A DNA stretch of 64,000 nt, taken from NCBI RefSeq assembly GCF_902652985.1, contig NC_047022.1, forward strand, positions 16,988,001 to 17,052,000, read 5' to 3'. Within the stretch, counting starts at the first letter, position 1; each line of letters opens with the position of its first letter. This DNA comes from Pecten maximus. Taxonomy: Eukaryota. The translations under genes and the position numbers were made by a program. The notes beneath the pieces were generated by a model. It did not search any database. It was not told the DNA's origin and saw nothing but the letters and a program-made list of their open reading frames with translations. Positions 14,401 through 26,488 of the stretch are shown here, piece after piece.

Positions 14401-17400
14401 GGCAGATCATTGCGAAACGTGGGTGAAATTGGCGCCGAATAACGTCATATTATTGTCTTGCTATCAGAAATGTTTGCATGAGCGTGCAATTGTTATTGAA
14501 CACTGATAAATGACGTCATATTATAGTCGTGTCACATTAGGTTAACTGGAACTCGAAATGACAAATGTAAATAATTATAAAATTTATTTGAAATATGTCA
14601 ATTAATACCGCCCATTAATACCTCACTATGTTTCCATATACTCAGAGACTACTTACTTACAACGCAGAAAGTAAATCTGTAGCCACACCCATAGAATAAC
14701 AAGGCAAATGGCAGACAGTGGGAGTCCGAATTGCATCCAGGAAGCAAAGGTGACAGGAGACTCGGCACCATACTTCTGAAATACACTAATTGGAGGAAAT
14801 ACATTCATTTATGCTAATGAACTTGAATTGGATGTAAATTCATCTGATGACAGGTAAATGTGAAGATGAGCATTGATGTGACTACTGCTGTATGTTTCAT
14901 TAAATAGCTTAATATAAATAAAAATTGGTTCTCGTTTAATCTTAACAAAACATTATGAAGCATAAGGCTTGATATTCATGCAGTATCCACCCAAATACAA
15001 TTTTCGATTTAAAAGAAACTTTGAAGAGTATCAAAACTTTAATATGGAATGCTAAATTCTGTACTTAAGTGAAGCATATCAAAATGAAAGACATACATGT
15101 CACTCTGTCCCTTCATGACGAGATTAGGTCCGGTCCCTGTCAGGCTACCGATGCCCCCAACATTGGCAGAGTAGGCGATAGCCAACGACAACGCTTTACT
15201 CATTCTCAGATGTTCAGATTCGGACTTGTCTTCCTGATCAGGAACATCCTCACTTTTTGGACTAAAATTAAATGAGTTTTGAAAATTGTATTTCAATCTG
15301 AAGATTTGAATATAAGGTGTATCATTATTATAGTTAAACATTATAATAGTTATAATTATAACTATGCAAAAAATGTACAGAAGTCACACGATTTATAAGC
15401 AGTTTTAAAATCTAGATGAGAAAGCGCAATTAACAAATTGCTGTGATAGGAAGGGAGAACAGAGATCAAACAGATCTGTATTGTACATAATGAATACCAT
15501 TATATCTTTCGAAATACGACTAAACAAAACATAAACCTTCATAAGGACGAATTCTTGTTTACAGATTGTCAACCAATGTAAACTGGTAAGTATATTTTTC
15601 AAAATATCATCATACTGTCATTTTATAAAAACAACGATGTATATGATTAAAAATGGTAGTTCTGCAACGTGTAATAAGTTTTGTTATTTCAAAATTGTAT
15701 CTGCTTTTCAACTTGATGATAGAAGCGCGTAAACTAAATGTAATCAAGCCAGAGACAAATACCATTGTCTAGAAACATCAATCCACATTACTCATACTCA
15801 CTTACGTGGACTTAAGTAACATACCTATTCTGGTCTGGTTTATCAATAGCCTCTTCATTTTTTTCCGTAACAGCTATACTTTCCAATTCTAGGGCCGTGT
15901 TATCGATACCTTTAGTGAAGGAATCATGTGTAATTAAGTTTAAGTTTGTTTCAATGTTAAATAAAACGCAGACAAATGACATTGACCTAAGTGTGTTAAG
16001 TTACTCTAGAGCTATTTAGTTCGGTATAATTCATAGCAAGAAAATAGCATTACATATATTGCTACAGCATCATATAACTGTAATTGCTTATATTGTCACT
16101 AAAATAGACGTAACATTTCCTTTGTGACAGATAAGCAGCGAGTGATTTAGCCTATTACTATACTAAGAATAATAATAAACATATTATCAATTTAAAACAT
16201 AGTCGTACTAGCCTAGTGTACAAGGTTACAGTTCTTCGGAGAATCCGTAAGAGGATGTCTTACATAAAACCTTACGTTTCAAGGAAGTAAGTAAAGAGTA
16301 GTCCGAATCAGGTTTCCTTGGTCGGTATTGATTTATTAGTTTCATTTGTTGTAGTGGTGGGAACGAATGTCCGCGGTAAATAATGAGCTACTATTTTGTT
16401 TTGATGTGTTGGAATGAGTCAATATTTGTTACGAGACAGGAACATGTCAATATTCTGTTATGAGGCAGGAATGAGTCTTTGCTTGGTTGTGATTCATGAA
16501 TGAGTCAATGTTTGGCTTTGAGGTAGGAGCGAGTCTATTCTTGGTTGTGATTCAGGAATGAGTCAAAGTTTGGTTTTGAGACAGGATCGAGTTAATATTT
16601 GGTTTTGAGGTAGGAATGAGTCAATGTTTGGTTTTGAGTTGCTCATTTCATCCATCCGTATTGTTTTTATATAATTGTACGCCCTTTTCACAAAATCAGT
16701 TAGTTTGAGAGGAGTATTCAAGGAAAGCCACTGCTGGGCGATGTTATTGTGCCATCACTAAGAAATGCCAGACCTGGACACTCAACCCAGTCATATCATA
16801 TCTATTACCAATTTTAAATACTTTGGTTTACCTCTGAAAGACAGAACAGAACCCACAACTCTCGACACAGTTGTCTTGTTACTTCACAATATTCCAGTTA
16901 AGTTTGTGGTTGTCTATTTGCTATGCTATCCAAAATGGCAGTTGAGATGTCAATGCTTCATATTGACATTCAGTATTACCTGTCATGAGTGCACTCAATT
17001 TTTAAACAACATTTATTGCCCAATTTTTACATTGGACGGCTGCCAATGTTAGGGCCTGGGCTCAGCCTTCAGATATAAATCATATCCCCACACCGGTGTG
17101 ATCGCAATCACCGAAATCTAAGCCTGTACATCAACTAAACATGCAGGTAAACATGGTTTAAATCATTCAATCAAACACATATCCTTGTTTTAAATGTACA
17201 TATATCATTATAAAAATAATGCATTAACGCATTCAAATATTCACCAAAGATATTAGTATTCAAACATATATAACATTTTCATATTCATTCCAACACACAC
17301 GATATATAATTATATTCACTGAAGCATATTTCACATCACATATATTTATATTCACTGAAACATATTTCACATTTATTCATATTCAATGAAACTGCCACAA

Positions 17401-20400
17401 TATGTATTTATATTCAGTCAAACATCCACCACATATATTCATATTCACTCAAACATCCACAAAATATATTCATATTCACTCAACTATCCACAACATATAT
17501 TTATATTTTAAGAAATTGAAAACTTACTTCATTCATGTATTCGTACGACATGACGTGTACATTACATAAACACATTAGCATCTGCTTGATGTGCAAATGA
17601 AGCCCGAGGCAACAACAGACATCTTATGGCTACCAATTTTCAATGAGATCACCTCAGCTACTATTTTGGATAACATACCACTACACTTTCATAGAATATT
17701 TTGTAAGGTAAGAAGAAAATTCTATTTTCTAGAAAGTAATTATGCCTTCCCAGATGATGACAGATGACGATCATTTTCAGAAATTTTAGTGACTTTTTCT
17801 TCACCTCCGGGATAATAAAGTTTCCGTATTTGTTATAGGCACTTTCAATCCTTCACATAATCGATCTCTGCATGACGCATATGGATCCCTGGTAAGCGAT
17901 AGCAGACGACTCTTTGAAATATAACGCCAGAATATGCATGACACGATACATTGTAAAAAGTTATGGTTGTAATTGATATTTTTCAACTTTATATTACCAT
18001 TAATTTCTGATTGGTCTGTCGTTTCTTTCATTGTCTTGGCGTCTTTGAGCTGGACCAGGACTGCGTTTGCTATTGGAATCATCATGGCAGTGGTAGCCGT
18101 GTTACTTATCCACATGGACAGAAACCACGTAGGAAGCATCATACCCAAGCATCAACCTTTTATAAAAAAAAAAAAGCATTTTGATATAACCTGAGCTGAA
18201 CGCATACTTAACAAAGTACAGATTTGGTGATGTGTAGCTTGGTCGAATAACGGAAACGCGTATATTTAATCTAATAGATTACTATTTCTATAAAAGTGTC
18301 CAGACAAAACAATAATGCAGTATCAATACTACTGTAAATGTTTAGTAAGTGTTTGTGTAACCGATATTCACATAATGCTTTCAGTTTAGAGTAACATGGA
18401 ACTCACCGATTTGTTACATAAACGTTTGACATTTATCTTTTGAATGGAATAGATACGTTATGTAGTACAAAACACAAACAATAATGAAGACAAAAATTGA
18501 AATTGCAAGTGTATGAAGCTATCGTATATTGTATCGTACCAATGAGGCTCTGATCCGACTATGACAAGGATCCTTAGTGCTATCCGTTTGTGGATGTTCC
18601 AATGTTCAATGGCAGCTGCTATCACAAGCCCACCAAAGAATAGCATGGTTGTGTCCTTGAGAACAGGGAAGCAAGACGGAGAAATGAATTTATCAACTGA
18701 TATATCAATTAATAATTATATTGTGGGGTTGGGCTGAAATACGTATATATCTACGATAACAAAGAAAATATATTGTGGACATTACATCCTATTTAAGAAA
18801 TATTTATTGTTGAACTACAATTTGAATTGATTACTAACGAACTAACTAACTAACTAATTAACTAACTAACTAACTAACTAAGTTAATAAACTAACTAATT
18901 GACTGACTTAATACTCTAAACTGAATCTTACATTGACATATTTTGCTGAAACATCTTTTGCAGACATCATCCCGACCATAGGGAATAAAATGATAGGCAG
19001 CAATGCTGTTACAGCTATTGGCAATGCTTCCGACACCCAATACACTGCCATGATGATGACGACATACGCACATTCTGACTCCTGTGAAAAAAAGAAACCT
19101 ATTATGTTTACAAACATTTACTACACTCGTATTCTTTATTCGAAAAACTAGGATAGAATTTGGAGATTATGTACATATCCCTTTCATCTTTCGACAGCTA
19201 AGAGTTGCATTTATTTGTCCTCGACTCACTACAGAGTTGGCAGTTTTTTTTATAGCAAATCTAGATTATTTTGAATAATAAGCGTAGTAGAATTCACTTA
19301 TGCCACATCATATATCGAACAATTTGTCTCAGAGGTGTGGACTCCAAATATGACACAACCCGTTTTGTATAAACTTCTATATAAAAATCCTTGTATATAT
19401 AAGCCACTTACTGCAGGCTTGCATCTACACAAGAGTAACATTTCAATATTTTTCGACGACGCATATGCTGACTTTGGTAATGCTGTCTTTTAGAATAATT
19501 GTTGTACGTGTAATTGATAGTATTTTATATAGCAGTGCAATTGCATATATTTTAATCTGCAGCGTCATCAGCGGTCTCAAAATTATTTCTTGCATTCAAC
19601 TATATTCTATTAAAATATTCTTCCAGTGAGCGGATTGTCAACCATTTGAACTCTATCCGAATGCTGTCGTTACGTCACCAATGATCAAAACGTTTGAATC
19701 CCGATTGGATAAGCATTGGGGAAAAACTGAATGTTTTTATAATCATGAAATAGACAATGATAACCTGATCCATGTTTCGGGGAAAAACTCATTGAAACTT
19801 CGATCTGGATATATGGGCTAATATTGCCTGCGTCCAGTAATAATATTATTATTGTTATTATTTAAACTGGCAACAAAAACCTTTCAATAAGTGATGGTAG
19901 TTATATTAAATTATCATTAGATCTTACATGCTGCTGCTAAACAAGTAATTTAAATTTGATCCGTATTCTGCCTTAAAATATTAAGGTTCGTTACACAGCA
20001 TATCCTGTAGCTATCATTGAAATGTTCTCTGCTAGTGGACTTCGTATCCCCTGGCTTTGCCATTATCCTGAAGGCCATGTTTGATGCTTATAAATAGTGG
20101 CACTGGTTCAAAATATCAACGCGTGTTTTCTATTTTGGATAATGATAAAATACATAAACAAATACGGAACTGATATAATTACAGGATCAATGACCCCCCC
20201 CCCCCCCCCCTCCCTCCCCCTATTTCCCCATTCTATTTTTGGATATTAGTCTAGGCCATATTAGATTTCCCGTATTTCTTTCTAGATTTCCACATTTGGC
20301 CTTTAGGATCGCTGACAAGTCCTATACATTTGTATTTCGGTTTCTATCATAAATCCGATGTGTTAAGGTGCTATGCATCTGTATGCCCTGTGTACTTTAC

Positions 20401-21907
20401 AATTAACGATGACGTTTAACGTTTACATTTATTTCCTTATTGGCCGCACTGTGTTTGATATTAACCAAGTAATGTGACATGAGTTATGCTATTTCACAAA
20501 AGTGGTGAAGTGCATGGTACACAAGATGATAAAAGCACATTTCCCTTCGGGACTCCTTGTCACCAAGTTATAAAACTCCGGAATACATATACATGAATAT
20601 AGATATGAGATAGCGCACTTAAACTGAATATTAAATATTGTCTTATGTTTGAACATTTAACTAGAGAATACTCAATATAATCATGCTAATCATGGAGGTT
20701 AAAGAAAGTTCAGATTTCGACATGACCAATATTACTCGCCCTATTTCATTAAAGCATTATCACGTTATGAACAGTAGTCAAAATACAGAAATGTCTGGGT
20801 ATCGAAAAGTACGTAAGATATCTACCTGTTAAGAAAAGAAGGAAACAGTATGTAAGAGTACGAAGCTTTTAGCTCCTTAATTTTTATCATTATGTTTTGA
20901 AAAGCATTTTTGCTTTATTCAAAATGGTTAAATATGTATAGTAAATACATCGACATAAATATTCTTTACATATGTTTGAAGTCTCTCCAATGCTGCCAAC
21001 ATAATAATATAAAGAATTATATTTTCCTTCAACTGACACTCACACAAAAAACTATGAGCACATGCATGCTACATGATAGTGTGGATGCACTATCGGTAAG
21101 GTAACATGTAGGTCAATGCCTTCGATAGGTGCATGGTGATAATATTAAAACGACATTATGCTGGTCTTAAGGTCAAGGTTAAAACCGAAGAGATTGTTGT
21201 AGACACGAAAAATAGTTACGCTGACAGGTAACACGATGTGTAGGTGCTCACAGGTACAGACTAGGTCCGTAATGTGACGAGGAAGCTACGTCGAAGTCCC
21301 ATATATATATACTACGTGTACGTCTGTATTGTACACGTGTTAACACGCTTACTCTCATCAATCATATAAAACACATACTCATTAGGGTCTCAGTGACGGA
21401 GTTTATGGTTTGTTTGTTCAATGTGTATTTGTTGACGTATATATTTAATGATAATGTATGCAAAGGAGAACAGGATTCTAAACAAATAACGGAGTTTCCA
21501 TGTTAACATAATTCCACTGATATCACACTAGAAAATAGTATGTTAGAAAATAGGAGCACAGGGGAAATGAATTTGACACAAATAACTTCCTTTTGATCTT
21601 AAAGTAATAACCAATTACAGAAAATTCATATCAAAAGATACAATGTTAACACGTCAAGATAACATACATAAACATCTTAAAAGAAAAAAAAGTTTAAAAA
21701 AAACCTATTTCTTTAAAGATAAAAATGCTATATTTATGTTTATAATTGATTAATTTATTTATTGAAAACAATATATGAAAATTATATACATACCTTCGTT
21801 TGTATACTGATTGGAATAGGCAACAACACAATAGGCGTAAGAATCACAAGCAGAACCTTTCTTATCGCCAGGATGTCATGTAAGAAATCGCTGAATGTAT
21901 ATCCCAT
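8283..21907 (-). CDS. SLC13: SLC13-family Na+/di-tricarboxylate cotransporter, copy A (14 exons, ~617 aa if a +1 frameshift in exon 4 is corrected)
   Basis: Exons 21907-21794, 19081-18932, 18655-18540, 18156-17998, 15909-15825, 15261-15097, 14785-14657, 13108-13013, 12773-12669, 11073-10955, 10518-10406, 10126-9965, 9195-9058, 8486-8283. All have GT-AG boundaries and compatible phases except for one extra base in exon 4. Family motifs: [79 protein letters not shown]. Orthology to SLC13A2/3/5 cannot be decided by eye. Confidence 0.95.
9058..9195 (-). CDS. SLC13 copy A exon 13
   Basis: [46 protein letters not shown]; 138 bp. Confidence 0.96.
9965..10126 (-). CDS. SLC13 copy A exon 12 (second SNT motif)
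   Basis: [54 protein letters not shown]; 162 bp. Confidence 0.95.
10406..10518 (-). CDS. SLC13 copy A exon 11
   Basis: [37 protein letters not shown]; 113 bp. Confidence 0.93.
10955..11073 (-). CDS. SLC13 copy A exon 10
   Basis: [39 protein letters not shown]; 119 bp. Confidence 0.88.
12669..12773 (-). CDS. SLC13 copy A exon 9
   Basis: [34 protein letters not shown]; 105 bp. Confidence 0.93.
13013..13108 (-). CDS. SLC13 copy A exon 8
   Basis: [31 protein letters not shown]; 96 bp. Confidence 0.9.
14657..14785 (-). CDS. SLC13 copy A exon 7
   Basis: [42 protein letters not shown]; 129 bp. Confidence 0.92.
   Translation of the reverse strand, partial: CISEVWCRVSCHLCFLDAIRTPTVCHLPCYSMGVATDLLSAL
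15097..15261 (-). CDS. SLC13 copy A exon 6
   Basis: [54 protein letters not shown]; tag acceptor, gtatgt donor. Confidence 0.93.
15825..15909 (-). CDS. SLC13 copy A exon 5 (hydrophilic loop)
   Basis: aag|(G)[27 protein letters not shown]|gtatgt; 85 bp, bridges the phase 1 and phase 2 neighbours. Confidence 0.8.
16409..16640. repeat. 29-bp minisatellite, ~8 copies (AGGAATGAGTCAATGTTTGGTTTTGAGGT)
   Basis: ggaatgagtc-type motif at 16411, 16439, 16468, 16497, 16526, 16555, 16584, 16613. Confidence 0.85.
17200..17510. repeat. Degenerate ~32-bp AT-rich tandem repeat (acatatattcatattcactcaaacatccac)
   Basis: atattcact/atattca motif recurring. Confidence 0.7.
17998..18156 (-). CDS. SLC13 copy A exon 4 (first SNT motif; one extra base)
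   Basis: LMLG[+1 nt][48 protein letters not shown]; 159 bp where 158 is needed. Confidence 0.9.
18540..18655 (-). CDS. SLC13 copy A exon 3
   Basis: aag|[38 protein letters not shown](W)|gtacg; 116 bp, same length as copy B exon 3. Confidence 0.93.
18833..18910. repeat. (TAAC)n microsatellite
   Basis: Directly visible, just inside copy A intron 2. Confidence 0.9.
18932..19081 (-). CDS. SLC13 copy A exon 2
   Basis: cag|[50 protein letters not shown]|gtaag; 150 bp. Confidence 0.95.
21794..21907 (-). CDS. SLC13 copy A exon 1
   Basis: ATG...[38 protein letters not shown] then gtatgt donor; 114 bp. Confidence 0.9.
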
Positions 21908-24900
21908 ATTGTAGCGAAATGGATATAAAATATAATTTTAAGATTTTTCTGATTTTGTTTTATATCAATGCATTCCAGCAGTCACTATCGAATACAGCCC
22001 ATCTGGTATCTGGTACAAATAGAAGTGTTCCATAGGTTATCTTCATATCCGTGTAAGGTAAGGTGTGGGCAAACAGACAGTACGGTAAACAATGTACTGA
22101 TAGAGTGTGTGACAGGTTGATATATATTTCGACATTAGCATGAGTATTACGCTTTGCACTGAAGAGTGTCACCTTCATGATTTGCATAACGTGTCTTATA
22201 TAATAAAAATGTGTATTATAAAATGTATTTTCATAGAATTTTTGAAATAGTCATCCTTGTCTCAATGGTATTGATTAATTAGCATATTATATACTATGGA
22301 AATTCTAATAGTATTTAGATAATAGTATTACGTGGATGTGCTCTTGACAGAAAGATGATTGTACTATATAACATAGTATCGCTGTTAATAATAAGTGGGT
22401 TCTTTTACTTCGTGGTCTGAATTTTTATTGGATTCACGAATGCTAAAAACAAAAATGTACCTCTAGAAATTTTCATTAGTGACTTCATTTTTTCAGGGCG
22501 TCATAATGTAAACTAATTTTCAACTCTTAATGAACAATGCTATTATGATCATCACGCAGCGCTTTCAAATGGATAAGTCTTAAATGTATTCTTTTATGAA
22601 CGCAGACCATTGGCATTCAAATTGCGTGAAACGTGTTAAGGTCCTGGTGAAAACATGCTAATTACATCGAGCGGTTAATTCATTCGAAAAAAGTAAAATT
22701 AAAATATGGAAAGTCCTACTTTGTAAGCTTAGTTATTTAGGAAACATACATTATATGTTTTAAAGGTCTAAAACCTTCATCTATTACGGAAGATATTTGG
22801 AAAATAAGAGGGACTGTGAGTGTTAAACTACGCCCATAACATATTTTATCTTGGAACAAAGAAGGATTTTAAGTAGTTATTTGGTGATTCTAATATCAAC
22901 AATTAAAATAATATATGTGCCAGTTTGTGGACAGAGAGAGAGAGAGAGCAACTCATACCTTTATCATTATCTATTACCCTGATAATATTCTCTGTTTGTA
23001 CACGGAACTAGGTTTTAATGATAACAAATAATACACATTATCCAACATTTTTTATTCCTAATGTTACGAATTTAAAAAGAAAATATGAAAATTGTTGAGT
23101 TATGGGTCTTTTCCACGTCCTTATCCAGGTTTAGAGTTATTTTGAGTTTTTGTCTCCTCTAATGATCAATAATTTCGGCCCTTAGCATCACTGACGCGTT
23201 ATAGAAGGACGAAACAGCTGTATAATGGAATTTAATCAATTTTGGCTCGACGGCATCGAAATCTAAGTGCGTTTTGAAAGATGATAATCTTTTGGGCGTC
23301 TTTTGCACAAGCGAACAACGTTACATCGCTTGTTTGTTGGTTAACCATCCCTTTTCCCCAAGTTTACTGTCTATCTCGGTATTACTAACTCGTGATTTGT
23401 GACACAGTTTACTCAAAAGTGATTTTGGAATGTGGATACCGAAGAGCTCTTGATAAATCTTGACCATTTGCTCCTGAATCTTTTAAATTTTAATTAACTA
23501 GAACATTTTGCCTTTTCCATCTAACAAGTCTAAGCTTCAGGAACGTATCAGTCATATACAGCATGTTTGTATATGTTTGTTGTGCAAAGAGACACGACTA
23601 GGATTACTGATGTTATGTATTACGACTCGGTAATTGTCTTAAAAGTAATTGAAATGATATGACGAATCGAAGCAGATAAAACAAAGAAGAGAAATAGATA
23701 ACACATAGATTTGGAGCAAGTTTGCATATTATCTTTATAAAAATAAAGTAACTATAAAACACGTTAAAAGAAAAACATTGATGAGTGACTTACAAATGGA
23801 ATAAGCCGTGTCGTTCGCAGGGCAGAACTTGTTTTTGTTTATGTTAAACTAATATTATAGAAGAACTTTTTATACACAGTAGCAAAGGCATTTCTGCTAT
23901 TCTCACTATTACATGTATTAGTGTTTTTTTTACTAGGGATATGGCAATTTGAAATAAAATAATTCTTATTGGCTATGCTGTTTAATCTTCGTACATTTTC
24001 AGTGACATATATATATATTACTAAATCATCAGCTAATACAATGTATCTACCAGAGAGGGAGCTATTTACTTAGCTGTATCGTGACATTTAGAATTATGAT
24101 TATGGAAATCTGCTGTTTAAAGTAATATTCGATGTCCCCGAATCCCCACCCGTCGGTGCTGCGATGTCGTATTTCATTCGATATGCAAAGTTATGTTCCA
24201 AATGATACGATTTCGATAAACGTTTATCAATTTCTTACGATAAAAGTTGACGAAGGCAATGGAAACATTTTATAGTCGTCAATATGTTCTCATTGGGAAA
24301 CAGTATATATCCGTATTAAGTCTAAATGTCAACGAGTTCAATACTTCATAATGTGCCTGGTGTGTTGGCTTAAACAATATTTTATTACCAAAATATTTAC
24401 AACATATGAGTCAATATATACAACAATTCAAGTTCAAGCCTGGTGTATTTGCGGCAATTTTCCGAAATGGGGGTCTCAGTTTGAAAATATGACGTAATCT
24501 GGATTTGAATATGATTGAAACTATTTACTCTAATTTATTTTTTCCAACGGTCGCCATTTGTTTTATTCAATATGATCGGGATGATAACATCGGTATTTGC
24601 ATAATGTTATTGTCATTATAGAAGTTTACAGTATCAAATGTTGATGTGTTTCAATGACGTCAATATCAGCTTGATATTTTATTTCTAAAACCTAAATATA
24701 TGTTTTATAACAAACATATTGTTCAGTCAAAACCGTTTATTGAAATATACATTGCTTTACATATAGACCATTCGGGTTAATACTAGTAGGGAGAATATCT
24801 CTTTGGCTCATTAGTTATGCGCCATTCAAAGAAACCATTGGTCCCGGATTCGATTCCTAGCGGGGACATTCGAATAACCTTTTTGACATAAAAACTTATT

Positions 24901-25117
24901 TAGGGATCCGTGGAAAATACTCAACCATGCTACATAAGAATTGCTGTCACACTTGAATGCCCGAGGCGGAGTATTTGTCTTAATGTGAGTGTATACTCCC
25001 GTATAAATACTAGCTGTATTCCACCGACTCTTCTATGAAAAGTTCCTCAATCGCTGGTTCAGTATAGCTCTAGTCTCTAGTGAAGAAATTTAAGTTGGAT
25101 TACCAGTGGATGTTAGG

Positions 25118-25320
25118 CTTGGTTTATTTTGTTTAACGCCCTATTAACAGCCTCGTTCAAGGTTTTGGAGGTAAAGGAAAGCCGGAGTACCTGGAGAAAA
25201 CCACTGGCATACGGTCAGTACCAGGCAACTTCCCCTCGTGGGTTTCGAACTCGTGATTCAGAGGTGGCGGGCTTGTGAGAAAGTGTTTGGACACCTTAAT
25301 CACTCGGCCACCGCTACCCC
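25118..25320 (-). mobile_element. V-domain SINE, near full length
   Basis: Reverse strand reads ggggtagcggtggccgagtgattaaggtg (A box), gagttcgaaaccc (B box), ttttctccaggtactccggctttcc, tail ttaatagggcgttaaacaaaataaacc. Confidence 0.82.
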
Positions 25321-25386
25321 ACACCAGTGCAGGACTTAATGATAACGTCTTCTGGTGTTTAGTATTTAACTTCGAGACAAAGAGCA

Positions 25387-26488
25387 ATGAAAACTTTGCT
25401 CGCGATCTTTGAAAATGTCTGTTTTCTTTATCAAGTAAAGAGTGCAGATGACTGGGCCTTCTCGACTGTTCTGTACCGGCGATGGGGTGGAGATGTACAG
25501 GTAGCTGTCAAACAGTTAAATATTAATGCAAAGTGCAAACAGCATACTGCAAAACCTATCTTAAATGAAAGCCAGTGAAATATAACTAGCATATATTTTT
25601 ATTCAACAAAGCACATGTAAAAGCCACGTGTCATACAGATTCTGTCATCGCTGTGAAAGTGTGATGATTTTTTTTCTCATTAAGACAATATGTAATTTGA
25701 TACGGCTTCTGTTTCAGGGCGTAATGCTTCAAAGTTTGAGAATATATCGATTGAGCGAGGTAATATTCTGCGAGAAACACTACGGTGATCAGAATTGAAT
25801 TGACCATGAGAGATACACCTTGTTGTACAATTATTATATTTCATATCATAGATATTATTTTCGATGACAAAGAGACGAAGACCCTTGTTTTAACTCAACC
25901 TAAACTGTCGTATTTCGGAATTCCATTGGAAACGTCTTCAGATTAAATATGCTATTTCCAAGAAACTCTGTCAAGAGGACGACGATCGGAATAGGGACGA
26001 TATTCATCAGAAGTCCAGTTTTGATCTAACAAAGAAATAAAAGCAATCGTAAGATGTCATTAATGCCGTGCTTTAAATATTTTAAAATGTTTGATTTGAA
26101 TTTGTTATTAATGATGTTTTATTACAATAGACGAGATAACTGTTTGATCAGTTAAAAACTGTTTAGTGTAATCTCATGATTTTGCGTCGTAAGAAACATT
26201 CCATGGTAACGACACAAAGACAATGTTGGATAATCTGCAGTACTTAGAACTAGCTTACCATATCTATAACCTTAATGTAACCGTATGAAAACACCACGGC
26301 ATTTGGCGGGGTTGCAACTGGTAACATAAATGAAATTGAGGCTGATATCGTCACCGGAAGTACCAAATAAAGTGGATTCACTTCTAGTTTCAAACCCTGT
26401 CAGAAAAAAAAGATCAGCTGAAGATAAAATCATTTTATTGAACGGACTTGATATTATAGACAGCAAGAAAATGTTTATACTTCATTAA
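25387..26488 (+). pseudogene. Degraded four-exon relic of an unidentified secreted protein
   Basis: Exon-like segments 25387-25500, 25718-25759, 25852-26048 and 26194-~26488 with AG/GT borders, signal-peptide-like start and an RKKR-S site; several frameshifts and stops. Confidence 0.45.

Noticed and set aside
24800-24870. tRNA gene
   Set aside because: Only degenerate A/B boxes and no cloverleaf; more likely a decayed SINE head.
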